A stretch of DNA of 64,000 nt, from assembly GCF_042093035.1 (NCBI RefSeq), contig NZ_JBELFI010000001.1, forward strand, positions 13,814 to 77,813, read 5' to 3'. Positions 37,195 to 46,171 of this stretch are shown here, one piece after another (position 1 is the first letter of the stretch; each line of letters begins with the position of its first letter). The stretch comes from Yoonia sp. (GTDB lineage Bacteria > Pseudomonadota > Alphaproteobacteria > Rhodobacterales > Rhodobacteraceae). The notes under the pieces are model-generated. The model saw nothing but the letters and a program-made list of their open reading frames with translations. It did no database searches and had not been told where the DNA came from. The position numbers were made by a program, and so were the translations under genes.

Positions 37195-38223
37195 ATGATG
37201 AAATTCACAATGACGGCGCTCCTTGTGTGCGCGACGACGGCGACCGCTTTTGCATCTTCTGCCTTTGCGCAAGAAGAGTTGAACCTCTATTCCTCACGGC
37301 ATTATGACACCGATGAACGGCTCTATTCCGACTTCACCGAATTAACCGGCATCACCATCAACCGTATTGAGGCAAACGCAGATGAGCTGATCGCCCGGAT
37401 GCAGGCCGAAGGCGTGAACTCTCCCGCGGATATCCTGATGACAGTCGATACCTCCCGCCTTGAGCGCGCCAAGAATGCCGGCGTTCTGCAAGCGATCGAC
37501 AGTGATTTGCTTGAAGTCCGCATACCCCAGAGCCTGCAGGATGCCGACAACATGTGGTTTGGTTTCAGCCAGCGTGCGCGGATTATCTTTTACGATAAAA
37601 CCGACGTTACCAATCCGCCTTTGACATATCTTGACCTTGCCGACCCGGCATATGAAGGCATGGTCTGCCACCGCTCTTCCACCAACGTCTATTCCCAGAC
37701 CTTGCTGTCTGCCGTGATCGAAAACTACGGTACCGAAGTGGCCACCGACTGGGCGCAGGGTTTGGTCAACAACTTCGCACGCGATCCGCAGGGCGGTGAT
37801 ACCGATCAGCTTCGCGCTTTGGTATCGGGCGAATGTGATGTCGCAATCGCGAACACCTACTATTTCTCACGCGCGCTGCGCAAAGATGTCGATGGTCTGG
37901 ACGCAGAAGCCTTGGCAAACATTGGCTGGATATTCCCCTCTCAGAATGCAGAAGGTGCGCATATGAATCTCTCTGGTGGCGGCGTGGCGGCCAATGCACC
38001 GAACCGAGAAAACGCGATATTGTTCCTTGAGTACCTCGCCTCCGATCAGGCGCAGCAGTACTTCAGTGCCGGAAACGACGAATACCCTGCCGTTGCGGGT
38101 GTTGGGCTATCGCCGTCTGTTGCGGCTTTGGGTCTCTTTCGGGCCGATACGGTCGATCTTTCCGAAGTCGCCAAGAACGTACCGGAGGCACAGGTGATCT
38201 TCAATCAGGTTGGCTGGGAGTAA
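37195..38223 (+). CDS. Fe(3+) ABC transporter substrate-binding protein (FbpA/AfuA-like), no adjacent permease or ATPase
   Basis: Signal peptide MMKFTMTALLVCATTATAFASSAFA, then EELNLYSSRHYDTDERLY, typical of FbpA-type proteins. Confidence 0.8.
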   Translation: MMKFTMTALLVCATTATAFASSAFAQEELNLYSSRHYDTDERLYSDFTELTGITINRIEANADELIARMQAEGVNSPADILMTVDTSRLERAKNAGVLQAIDSDLLEVRIPQSLQDADNMWFGFSQRARIIFYDKTDVTNPPLTYLDLADPAYEGMVCHRSSTNVYSQTLLSAVIENYGTEVATDWAQGLVNNFARDPQGGDTDQLRALVSGECDVAIANTYYFSRALRKDVDGLDAEALANIGWIFPSQNAEGAHMNLSGGGVAANAPNRENAILFLEYLASDQAQQYFSAGNDEYPAVAGVGLSPSVAALGLFRADTVDLSEVAKNVPEAQVIFNQVGWE

Positions 38224-38250
38224 AGCCGCAAATACCTTCCTGCAAACACC

Positions 38251-38279
38251 AAAGGGCGCTTCGCAAGTGGCGTCCTTTC
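38251..38279. terminator. Hairpin between convergent genes (possible bidirectional terminator)
   Basis: aaagggcgc...ggcgtccttt stem with one G-T pair, flanked by A/T runs. Confidence 0.4.
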
Positions 38280-38288
38280 TCGTGTGGC

Positions 38289-39491
38289 CTACTCCTGAGC
38301 AGGCTTCAACAGCATCACCAAAGGTAAAATGGCGATGATTAAGGCACCCGCAATCAAGAACGGTGCGCCCGGCAGGTAGAGGCCAGTTTCGTCCACGAAG
38401 GCGCGAAACACGCCGGTCAGGGCCAGCGGCGCGGCGACCGCCGCCACCGACGACAATGATGCAATCACGCCTTGTACCAACCCTTGCTGGTCTTCGCCAA
38501 CACGATTGGCCGCAAATGCTGTCAGCAAAGGCGGCGCCATGTCTGACAGCGCCGCAATTGGCAAAAAGACAATCACAGCCCAGACAGCCGATGTCATGCC
38601 AAACCCGACCATGCCAATGACAGCGGCCCCCGCCGCAATCAACAGCGTCGGGTAATCCCCCAGCCGTCTCGTGAGCTGTGGCAATATCCCTGCCTGGACA
38701 ACCGCAATCAATATCCCGTAGGCCGACAAGGTCAGGCCGATTGTGAAGGCGTCCCACGCAAAGACCTCACGGCCCCAAAAGGCCCAGAGCGTCGGGTAGA
38801 CCATGTTTGCAAACTCAAAGACAAAAATACAGATCAGCGGAATTGCCAGCCCCGGAACGGCAAATGCGCGCGCGATGGTTCCGAACGGGTTCAGATCCCG
38901 CTTGCCAAAGGCCCTGCGGTTTTCGGGTTTGAGCGATTCAGGCAGAATGAAAAGTCCAAAGGCCACATTGATCGCCGACAACCCCGCCGCAATCCAGAAC
39001 GGCGCCGTGATATGCACGGTCGCTGCCAAACCACCAAGCGCGGGCCCAAGCACAAACCCGATCCCGAAGGCCGCACCGATCATTCCAAAGGCCGCACCGC
39101 GCTCCTCTGGTTTGGCGATATCGGCAATATAGGCCGTGGCCGTGATATAGGTCGCCCCCGCCATCCCCGCCAGAAACCGCCCCAGCAACAGCAACCAATA
39201 GGTTTCTGCCATTGCCATGATGATGTAATCAACCGTCAGCATCGCAAGTGCTGCAATCAGCACGGGCTTGCGCCCGAAGGCATCCGACAGGCTGCCGATG
39301 ATAGGGCCAAAAAGGAACATGGCACCAGCGTAGGCCGACAAGAGGATCCCACCCCAAAGCGCGCCTTGGGCCGTGTCTTGCGCCCCGACCCGGTCCATCA
39401 GATCCGGCAAGATCGGGAAGACAATGCCGACACCGATTGCGTCAACCAGCAACGTCGCCAGAATAAACAGGAATGGGCCATTCAACTTCAT
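38289..39491 (-). CDS. MFS transporter (TCR/Tet-family efflux-pump-like)
   Basis: 400 aa with 12 predicted helices and the MFS motif A GSLSDAFGRKPV. Confidence 0.85.
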   Translation of the reverse strand: MKLNGPFLFILATLLVDAIGVGIVFPILPDLMDRVGAQDTAQGALWGGILLSAYAGAMFLFGPIIGSLSDAFGRKPVLIAALAMLTVDYIIMAMAETYWLLLLGRFLAGMAGATYITATAYIADIAKPEERGAAFGMIGAAFGIGFVLGPALGGLAATVHITAPFWIAAGLSAINVAFGLFILPESLKPENRRAFGKRDLNPFGTIARAFAVPGLAIPLICIFVFEFANMVYPTLWAFWGREVFAWDAFTIGLTLSAYGILIAVVQAGILPQLTRRLGDYPTLLIAAGAAVIGMVGFGMTSAVWAVIVFLPIAALSDMAPPLLTAFAANRVGEDQQGLVQGVIASLSSVAAVAAPLALTGVFRAFVDETGLYLPGAPFLIAGALIIAILPLVMLLKPAQE

Positions 39492-39629
39492 TGGGCCACA
39501 CGATACGCTACCGCAGGTTGAAGCAAGCAGAATTTTGCACCAACATGTCTATCGGTTCAGTCTGTTGCAGGCAAAGCGCCCGCAATCTTCTGCCCCAGCC
39601 GCAACAGTCGCTTTGGGCTGGTCAATCCA

Positions 39630-41393
39630 ATGTGGCTTGGGGCAATGTGGCGGGCAATGGCGTTCGCGGGATTTTCATCAGCTGACCAATTTGCCGGAAG
39701 TGCATTCCGCCGGATCAGGCTGGCTGTGGCTATCTTGGCGCTGCTGGTGCTTTCCGCGGGGGGGTATTTGCTGCTCAATAGCAGCTTTCAGGCGGAAAAG
39801 ATCCGTGAAACGCCTGCGCGCGCGCAGTTCTTTGCAGATGCGATCGACAGCGCGCTCAGCCGACTTGCGCACTTGCCCTATGTGCTGTCGCTTGATCCCG
39901 GAACGGTGGCGGCCCTGCAAACAGAAGATGTGGCAGAGCTGAACCCGACCTTTGCGACCATCGCCGCGCGATCCGGAGCTGAGTTCGTCTTCCTGATGGA
40001 CACCAACGGGCGTACAATCGCATCCTCGAATTATCAGGATGCCAACAGCCTTGTTGGTCGCTACTACACATTCCGCCCTTATTTTCGCTCTGCCATGCAG
40101 GGTGAACAGGGCCGGTTCTATGCGGTTGGCGCGACGACCGGGCGCCCCGGCTACTTCATCGCTGAACCTGTGCGCGATGAGGCAGGGACGATCCTTGGCG
40201 TTATCGTTGTGAAGGTGCCGTTCCGTGATCTGAGCCGCGCCATCGTTGACAGTGGCGACCTGATCCTCGTGACGAATGCGCAAGGGGTCGTGCTGGCGGC
40301 GTCTGAGCCGGCGTTTCTTTACGGGTTGATTGCGCCGCTTTCCCAGCAGGACCGCGCGACATTGGAACAGCAACAGCAGTTTGGCAATCAAGTGCTTACG
40401 CCGCTTGACTGGCGCGAAAGTGACGGCACCCAAGCCCAGGTGTCGGGTGCGTATTATCTGCTCAGCCGCGCGTCTTTGACCCAGGAAGACTGGACACTGC
40501 ATCTGTTGTCCAATGTGGGCGAAATCCGGCGTCAGGCGTTGTTGTTTGTCGCAATCGGTTTGACCGCGTTGCTTTCGCTGATGATCGCGGCAGCACTCTA
40601 CCGTGCATCCCAGTTGCGGCAGGCACTTGCGATTTCAAATGCCGACCGCAAGCGGCTGGAGACAGAGATCCACGACCGTCACATCGCCGAGGAAAAACTT
40701 GAGAGCGCACGCTCTGAATTGGCCCGCAAGAACCAGCTCGCCGCACTCGGGCAACTGTCCGCGTCAATCACGCATGAGCTGGGGCAGCCGATATCAGCGA
40801 TGAAAAACTATCTCGTGGCAGAGGAAATCGCGCGCGCGGCGGTTCCGGGAAGCTATGCGCCTGAGCTGACAGGGTTGGTCGACCGGATGCAGCGGATCGT
40901 TGACCAGCTACGGCTCTTTGGCCGCAACGATCCAGCTCAAACCGGGCAGTTTGTGATCCAGCAGGCGATCAATGATGCTGTGGCTCTGGTCCGGCATACC
41001 GCCGCGCAGGCTGGCGCACAGATCACCGTCGCGCTCGCGCCGGATCCATTGCGCACCCAAGGTCAGGCCAACCGGTTTGAACAGGTGATCGTCAACCTAT
41101 TGCGCAATGCCGTTGATGCCGTCGCAGGCGCGCCGACCCGCGAAATCACGCTCCGTCTCACCGACGCTGATGATGTATTGATAGAGGTGGCAGACAGCGG
41201 CACGGGACTGGGTGGTCTGGACATGGATGACCTCAAAGAGCCGTTCTTCAGCACCAAGCCGTCCGGCGCGGGGATGGGTCTGGGGCTTGCGATTTCGGCG
41301 CAGATCATCAATGAAATGGGTGGAACGCTGGATGCCCGCACAGCCGCGACCGGCGGTGCGATCTTCTGTATCCGCCTGCCGAAGGTGCCTTGA
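39630..41393 (+). CDS. Sensor histidine kinase, DctB-like (periplasmic double-Cache-type sensor)
   Basis: Two transmembrane helices around a ~270 aa periplasmic domain, an H-box SASITHELGQPISAM and an HATPase GMGLGLAIS. It precedes a sigma54-dependent regulator. The exact start is uncertain. Confidence 0.8.
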   Translation: MWLGAMWRAMAFAGFSSADQFAGSAFRRIRLAVAILALLVLSAGGYLLLNSSFQAEKIRETPARAQFFADAIDSALSRLAHLPYVLSLDPGTVAALQTEDVAELNPTFATIAARSGAEFVFLMDTNGRTIASSNYQDANSLVGRYYTFRPYFRSAMQGEQGRFYAVGATTGRPGYFIAEPVRDEAGTILGVIVVKVPFRDLSRAIVDSGDLILVTNAQGVVLAASEPAFLYGLIAPLSQQDRATLEQQQQFGNQVLTPLDWRESDGTQAQVSGAYYLLSRASLTQEDWTLHLLSNVGEIRRQALLFVAIGLTALLSLMIAAALYRASQLRQALAISNADRKRLETEIHDRHIAEEKLESARSELARKNQLAALGQLSASITHELGQPISAMKNYLVAEEIARAAVPGSYAPELTGLVDRMQRIVDQLRLFGRNDPAQTGQFVIQQAINDAVALVRHTAAQAGAQITVALAPDPLRTQGQANRFEQVIVNLLRNAVDAVAGAPTREITLRLTDADDVLIEVADSGTGLGGLDMDDLKEPFFSTKPSGAGMGLGLAISAQIINEMGGTLDARTAATGGAIFCIRLPKVP

Positions 41394-41396
41394 GCC

Positions 41397-42734
41397 ATGT
41401 CCGAAACCTACGCTGCTTTCGTCATTGATGACGACAAAGAGATGCGCAATTCCCTTGCCGCTCTGCTCGAGCGCTCTGGTTGGCAGGTGACACGGTTTTC
41501 GGCAGCTCAGGCTGCCCTTGATCGGTTAGAGATTGAGAAACCCGACGTTGTCTTGTCAGACGTGCGGATGCCCGGCATGTCCGGTCTCGACTTGTTGGAC
41601 AGGCTGCAAAACGTTGACGCGCCGCCCTTGGTGCTGGTTTCGGCCCATGGCGATATTCCGATGGCCGTGGATGCGATCCAGAAGGGTGCCTATTCCTTCC
41701 TTGAAAAACCGTTTGAGCCGCGCCGATTGCTGACGATCATCCGTCATGCCGCAGAAAAGCACCGGCTGTTCATATCGGCGCAACGGATGCGTGCGCAGTT
41801 GGTGGCGCTCTCTGGTCTGGACCGTGTCTTGATCGGGGGCAGTCCGCGGGTCGCGCAACTCAAGTCCGATGCGGTTGATCTGGCGATGACGAACGGACCG
41901 GTGTTGATTACCGGTGAAACCGGCACTGGCAAGGAATTGGTGGCCCGCGCCCTGCACCGCCTTGGCCCGCGCAGTGACAACGCATTTGTCGCGATCAACT
42001 GCGCCACGCTGGACCCGGACCGATTGGAGGCGCAGGTCTTTGGCACTGCCGACGGTCAGCTTGGTGCATTCCGGCGCGCAGACGGGGGCACCCTGTTTCT
42101 CGATGAGGTCGGCACGGCGCCGCTTCCGGTGCAGGTTAAACTGCTGCGCGCATTGGAGACCGGGGACATTCTGCCCGTTGGTGCTGATGATGACATCAAG
42201 ACGGACGTGCGGATCGTTGCGGCCTCGAATGAGGATTTGGATGCGAAAGTCGCTGATGGCAGCTTTCGTGCGGATTTTCTGTTTCGATTGAATGCGTTTC
42301 AACTGCATTTGCCGCGTCTGGTTGAACGGGGTGATGACATCGTCATGCTATTCGCGCATTTCGTCGATCTTCTCGCTGAAACATATGAAATCTCCCCTCC
42401 CAAACTGACCGCTGATGATGCCGCCGCGCTGCTCGCGCATGATTGGCCCGGCAACGTGCGCGAGTTGCGTCATGTGGCCGAAAGGCGTGTCCTGGCGGCC
42501 CGGCGCGGGGATGGATCAGTTGCCGCGGCCTTGCGCAATGAAAACCCCGCTGACGATGTTCCTGCGACGCTACGCGAAGCCGTAGCCCGGTTCGAACGTA
42601 CCCTGATCGGGCAGGCGGTGCGCAGCCATAACGGGCGCATGGATGCCGTAGCGGAGGCGCTGGGTATCGGGCGGCGGACCTTGAATGAAAAGATCGTCAA
42701 ACTGGGTTTGGACAAGTCTGAATTGATCCAATAA
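41397..42734 (+). CDS. Sigma-54-dependent two-component response regulator, DctD/NtrC-like
   Basis: A receiver domain, an AAA+ domain (GETGTGKELVARALH, plus a GAFRRADGGTLFLDEV segment at the position of the sigma54-contact GAFTGA loop) and a C-terminal HTH. Confidence 0.9.
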   Translation: MSETYAAFVIDDDKEMRNSLAALLERSGWQVTRFSAAQAALDRLEIEKPDVVLSDVRMPGMSGLDLLDRLQNVDAPPLVLVSAHGDIPMAVDAIQKGAYSFLEKPFEPRRLLTIIRHAAEKHRLFISAQRMRAQLVALSGLDRVLIGGSPRVAQLKSDAVDLAMTNGPVLITGETGTGKELVARALHRLGPRSDNAFVAINCATLDPDRLEAQVFGTADGQLGAFRRADGGTLFLDEVGTAPLPVQVKLLRALETGDILPVGADDDIKTDVRIVAASNEDLDAKVADGSFRADFLFRLNAFQLHLPRLVERGDDIVMLFAHFVDLLAETYEISPPKLTADDAAALLAHDWPGNVRELRHVAERRVLAARRGDGSVAAALRNENPADDVPATLREAVARFERTLIGQAVRSHNGRMDAVAEALGIGRRTLNEKIVKLGLDKSELIQ

Positions 42735-42741
42735 CGCGCCT

Positions 42742-42755
42742 TGCGGAAATCCGCA
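42742..42755. promoter_or_regulatory. Inverted repeat TGCGGA-AA-TCCGCA, plus an extra TGCGGA half-site at 42775-42780
   Basis: Read directly in the 124 bp between the dctD-like gene and the TAXI receptor gene. Candidate activator-binding site. Confidence 0.3.
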
Positions 42756-42858
42756 GGCATGTTTGCGCGCACACTGCGGATTGCTTCATATCGAGACCAG
42801 ACAGCGCAGCGTACTACTCTCTTTATTATCCTTAACGGATCATTTTTGGGAGGAAACC

Positions 42859-43863
42859 ATGAAACAGTTCAAGACAGCAATAGTCGCGGCATCGATTGCG
42901 ATGACAGGCGTGAGCGCGCAAGCGCAGGATGCAAACTACATTCTGGCAACCGCATCTACCGGCGGCACATATTATCCGGTGGGCGTGGCGCTGGCCACTT
43001 TGGCAAAGGTGCGCCTTGAGCCAAGCGAAGGCATCGGCATGTCCGCGATCAGCTCTGCCGGGTCAGGCGAAAACGTGCGCTTGATCCGCGAAGGCGAAGC
43101 ACAGTTCGGCATCATGCAGGGTTTGTTCGGCTACTATGCCGCGAGCGGCACTGGCCCATTGGCAGAAGTTGGCCCACAGGAAAACCTGCGCTCGGTCACG
43201 ATGCTTTGGCAAAACGTGGAGCACTTCCTGGTGTCCTCTGACGTTGCCGGCGACGGGACCGTCGGCGTGTTGGCTGGCCTCAAGGGCGAAGCCATGGCGA
43301 TGGGTCGCCAGAACTCCGGCACGATCGGGTCCAATCGCACAATTCTCAGCGGTTTTGGCGTTGATCTGGATACTGATTACGAGCTGGTCTTTGGCGGCTA
43401 CGGCCCATCGGCTGAAGCACTTCAGAACGGTCAGGTCAAAGGCATTGGTACACCTGCCGGTGTGCCGGTCGGTGCGGTCAGCCAGTTGATGGCATCTGCC
43501 GGTGACAATGTGACGCTGCTCAACTTCACCGATGAGCAGATGGCAATCGCGGATGGCGGTCGTGGCCTTTGGACGCCGTACACAATCGCTGCGGGCACCT
43601 ATCCCGGTCAGGATGAAGATGTGCAGACAATCGCACAGCCGAACTTTCTTGCCACAAGTGCGGATCTGCCAGAAGAGCATGTCTATCTTCTGACAAAGAC
43701 GATCTATGAAAACCTGCCATTCCTGCAGGCAATCCATCCTGCAACCAAGGCGATGTCCATCGAAAGCGCTATTGCGGGTCTGCCGCTGCCACTGCACCCC
43801 GGTGCCGCACGCTACTACCAAGAGATCGGTATCGAGATCCCTGAGCGTCTGATCGCCCAGTAA
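42859..43863 (+). CDS. TAXI-family TRAP transporter solute receptor
   Basis: GGGAGG RBS, signal peptide, and TASTGGTYYPVGVALA, which is the TAXI hallmark. Confidence 0.85.
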   Translation: MKQFKTAIVAASIAMTGVSAQAQDANYILATASTGGTYYPVGVALATLAKVRLEPSEGIGMSAISSAGSGENVRLIREGEAQFGIMQGLFGYYAASGTGPLAEVGPQENLRSVTMLWQNVEHFLVSSDVAGDGTVGVLAGLKGEAMAMGRQNSGTIGSNRTILSGFGVDLDTDYELVFGGYGPSAEALQNGQVKGIGTPAGVPVGAVSQLMASAGDNVTLLNFTDEQMAIADGGRGLWTPYTIAAGTYPGQDEDVQTIAQPNFLATSADLPEEHVYLLTKTIYENLPFLQAIHPATKAMSIESAIAGLPLPLHPGAARYYQEIGIEIPERLIAQ

Positions 43864-43931
43864 TCCAGACCAACATGACCGGCCCCCGCATCTGCGTGGG
43901 GCCGGTTTCGCATCTTGGGAGGGGTGGAGCA

Positions 43932-46040
43932 ATGTCAGACACAGAGCAACAAGACACAGGGCGGTTGCGCAGCTTTACCGGCACGCCTGATATCATCCTG
44001 TCAATTGCCTGCTTTCTTGTGGCGATCAGCCATCTCTACGTGGCGTTCGACCCCGGACTGCTGTCCGAGCTTGAACGCAATGCCTTCCACTTTGCCAGCT
44101 TTGCAGCACTTGCTGCCGTCATCTATCCGATGTGGCAGACGCCGTCCGGCAAACGGACGCCAATCGTGATTGATCTGGCCTTTGGTGCGCTTGTTGCGGC
44201 ATCTGCTGTCTGGCTCGCGCTTGCAGAGAATGCGATTTATGATCGGGGGGTCAAATTCGCACCTGCTGACTGGATCGCTGCCATCACAGTGATCGTCGGC
44301 GCGATTGAGCTGACCCGCCGGGTCGCCGGTCTGATTATCCCCGGATTAATCATCCTTGCCCTGACCTATATTGCATTCTGGGGACAATTCATCGGCGGTA
44401 TATTCGCCTTTCCGGGCCTGAGCGTTGAAACCGTTGCGTTTCGGTCGATCTACGGAGATGACGCGATTTTTGGCACAATCGCGCGGATATCTTCGACCTT
44501 CGTCTTTCTATTTATTATCTTTGGGGCCTTCCTTCTGCGTTCGGGCGCAGGGGAATTCGTGATTAACCTGGCGCGCGCAGTTGCGGGCAAACTGGTTGGT
44601 GGCCCCGGTATCGTGGCGGTAATTGCATCTGGCCTGACCGGCACGATTTCCGGCTCTGCGGTTGCGAATACGGCCTCCACCGGCGTCATTACCATCCCAC
44701 TCATGAAACGCGCCGGTTTCGCCCCGAAGTTTGCTGGCGGGGTAGAGGCTGCAGCCTCTACCGGCGGCCAGCTTATGCCGCCGATCATGGGGGCAGGCGC
44801 CTTTGTCATGGCGAGCTTCACACAGATCCCATACGAACATATCGTCGCGGTCGCAGCACTCCCAGCCCTGCTGTACTTCCTGTCGGTTGCGTTCTTCGTG
44901 CGGATCGAAGCGCGTCGTCACAATTTGGCGCCGATGCCGGATGAAGGGCAGACGCTGACCTCTGCATTCAAAGAAGGCGGGGCGAGCTTCTTTATCCCGA
45001 TTACCTTGCTGATCGGGCTTTTGGTGTCGGGTTTCACGCCCACCTATGCGGCTGTTTTCGGGATTATCGCTGTGATCGCCTCCAGTTGGTTGACCAAGAA
45101 CCCGATGGGCCCACGCGCCGTTTTCGAGGCCTTCGTGATGGGCACCAAGGGGATGGTCCTGACGGCCATTCTGCTGTGTTCGGTTGGATTGATCGTCAGC
45201 GTGATTGCGACAGCGGGCATTGGCAACACATTCAGCTTGATGATCGCGCAATGGTCCGGCGGCAACGTCTTGATTGCCCTTGCGCTGATCGCACTGGCGA
45301 GCCTTGTGCTTGGTATGGGTCTGCCTGTGACGGCGGCCTATATCGTGCTGGCCACGCTGTCGGCGCCAGCGCTGTCCGGCATGATCTCGGACCAATTCGT
45401 GATTGAGCAACTTGCGATGGGCGCATTGTCGGAACCCGCCAGAGCGGTGTTGATGTTTGGTGTGCCGGAACAGGCCGCCCTGCTTTCGGGTGACGTCACC
45501 CGTGCGGAAGCGAGCGAATTGATCCGCGGCCTGCCGCTGGAGATCGCAGCACCTTTGCGTGATCTGGTCGTACCAGCGCCGGTGGCGATGTCAGCGCTTC
45601 TGTCGGCGCATATGATTATTTTCTGGTTGTCGCAGGACAGTAACGTGACCCCACCCGTGGCCCTTGCCGCCTTTACCGCTGCCGCCATCGCCAAGGCCCC
45701 GGCCATGGCCACAGGCGTCGCGAGCTGGAAGCTGGCCAAGGGTCTTTATATCGTGCCTATCCTGTTTGCCTATACGCCTTTCCTGTCGGGAAACTGGTCC
45801 GAGATGCTCACCGTGTTCGCCTTCGCCGTTGTCGGCGTCTACGCGATCGCAGCGGCTTTGCAGGGTTGTATGGAAAAGCGGTTCGGGCCGGTGATGCGCG
45901 TGCTGTCGCTGGCTGCGGGGCTTGCGGCACTTTGGCCGGGGGTTTTGGTGCTGAACATCGCCGGAGTGCTGGGCACCGTGGCGCTACTGATGTGGAATAT
46001 CAACTCATCGCCCGACGAGGCCCCGGCGCAAGCCACCTGA
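43932..46040 (+). CDS. TRAP transporter fused permease (TAXI-type)
   Basis: About 700 aa polytopic protein immediately downstream of the TAXI receptor. ATG at 43932 follows GGGAGGGG. Confidence 0.85.
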   Translation: MSDTEQQDTGRLRSFTGTPDIILSIACFLVAISHLYVAFDPGLLSELERNAFHFASFAALAAVIYPMWQTPSGKRTPIVIDLAFGALVAASAVWLALAENAIYDRGVKFAPADWIAAITVIVGAIELTRRVAGLIIPGLIILALTYIAFWGQFIGGIFAFPGLSVETVAFRSIYGDDAIFGTIARISSTFVFLFIIFGAFLLRSGAGEFVINLARAVAGKLVGGPGIVAVIASGLTGTISGSAVANTASTGVITIPLMKRAGFAPKFAGGVEAAASTGGQLMPPIMGAGAFVMASFTQIPYEHIVAVAALPALLYFLSVAFFVRIEARRHNLAPMPDEGQTLTSAFKEGGASFFIPITLLIGLLVSGFTPTYAAVFGIIAVIASSWLTKNPMGPRAVFEAFVMGTKGMVLTAILLCSVGLIVSVIATAGIGNTFSLMIAQWSGGNVLIALALIALASLVLGMGLPVTAAYIVLATLSAPALSGMISDQFVIEQLAMGALSEPARAVLMFGVPEQAALLSGDVTRAEASELIRGLPLEIAAPLRDLVVPAPVAMSALLSAHMIIFWLSQDSNVTPPVALAAFTAAAIAKAPAMATGVASWKLAKGLYIVPILFAYTPFLSGNWSEMLTVFAFAVVGVYAIAAALQGCMEKRFGPVMRVLSLAAGLAALWPGVLVLNIAGVLGTVALLMWNINSSPDEAPAQAT

Positions 46041-46080
46041 GGCAAAGCTGCGCGTCGCGCCTCGAAAGACTTGCAGAAGA

Positions 46081-46100
46081 TTGTATGCCATTGTATGCCA
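46081..46100. repeat. Perfect tandem duplication of the 10-mer TTGTATGCCA
   Basis: Read directly in the icd upstream region. Confidence 0.9.
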
Positions 46101-46171
46101 TACCCGAACACGACGCGAGGAATCGCGCCTATTTGCCGTGAAATGACGATCCCAGCACGAGGACAAAACCC

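Noticed and set aside
42756-42858. Sigma54 -24/-12 promoter for the TAXI-TRAP genes
   Set aside because: The candidates AGGCAT-GTTTG-CGCG and GCGCAC...TTGCTT have the wrong GG-to-GC spacing, at 9 and 14 nt from the first base of the upstream GG/GC-equivalent dinucleotide to the G of the downstream GC, versus 12 in the consensus. No acceptable match was found by eye.
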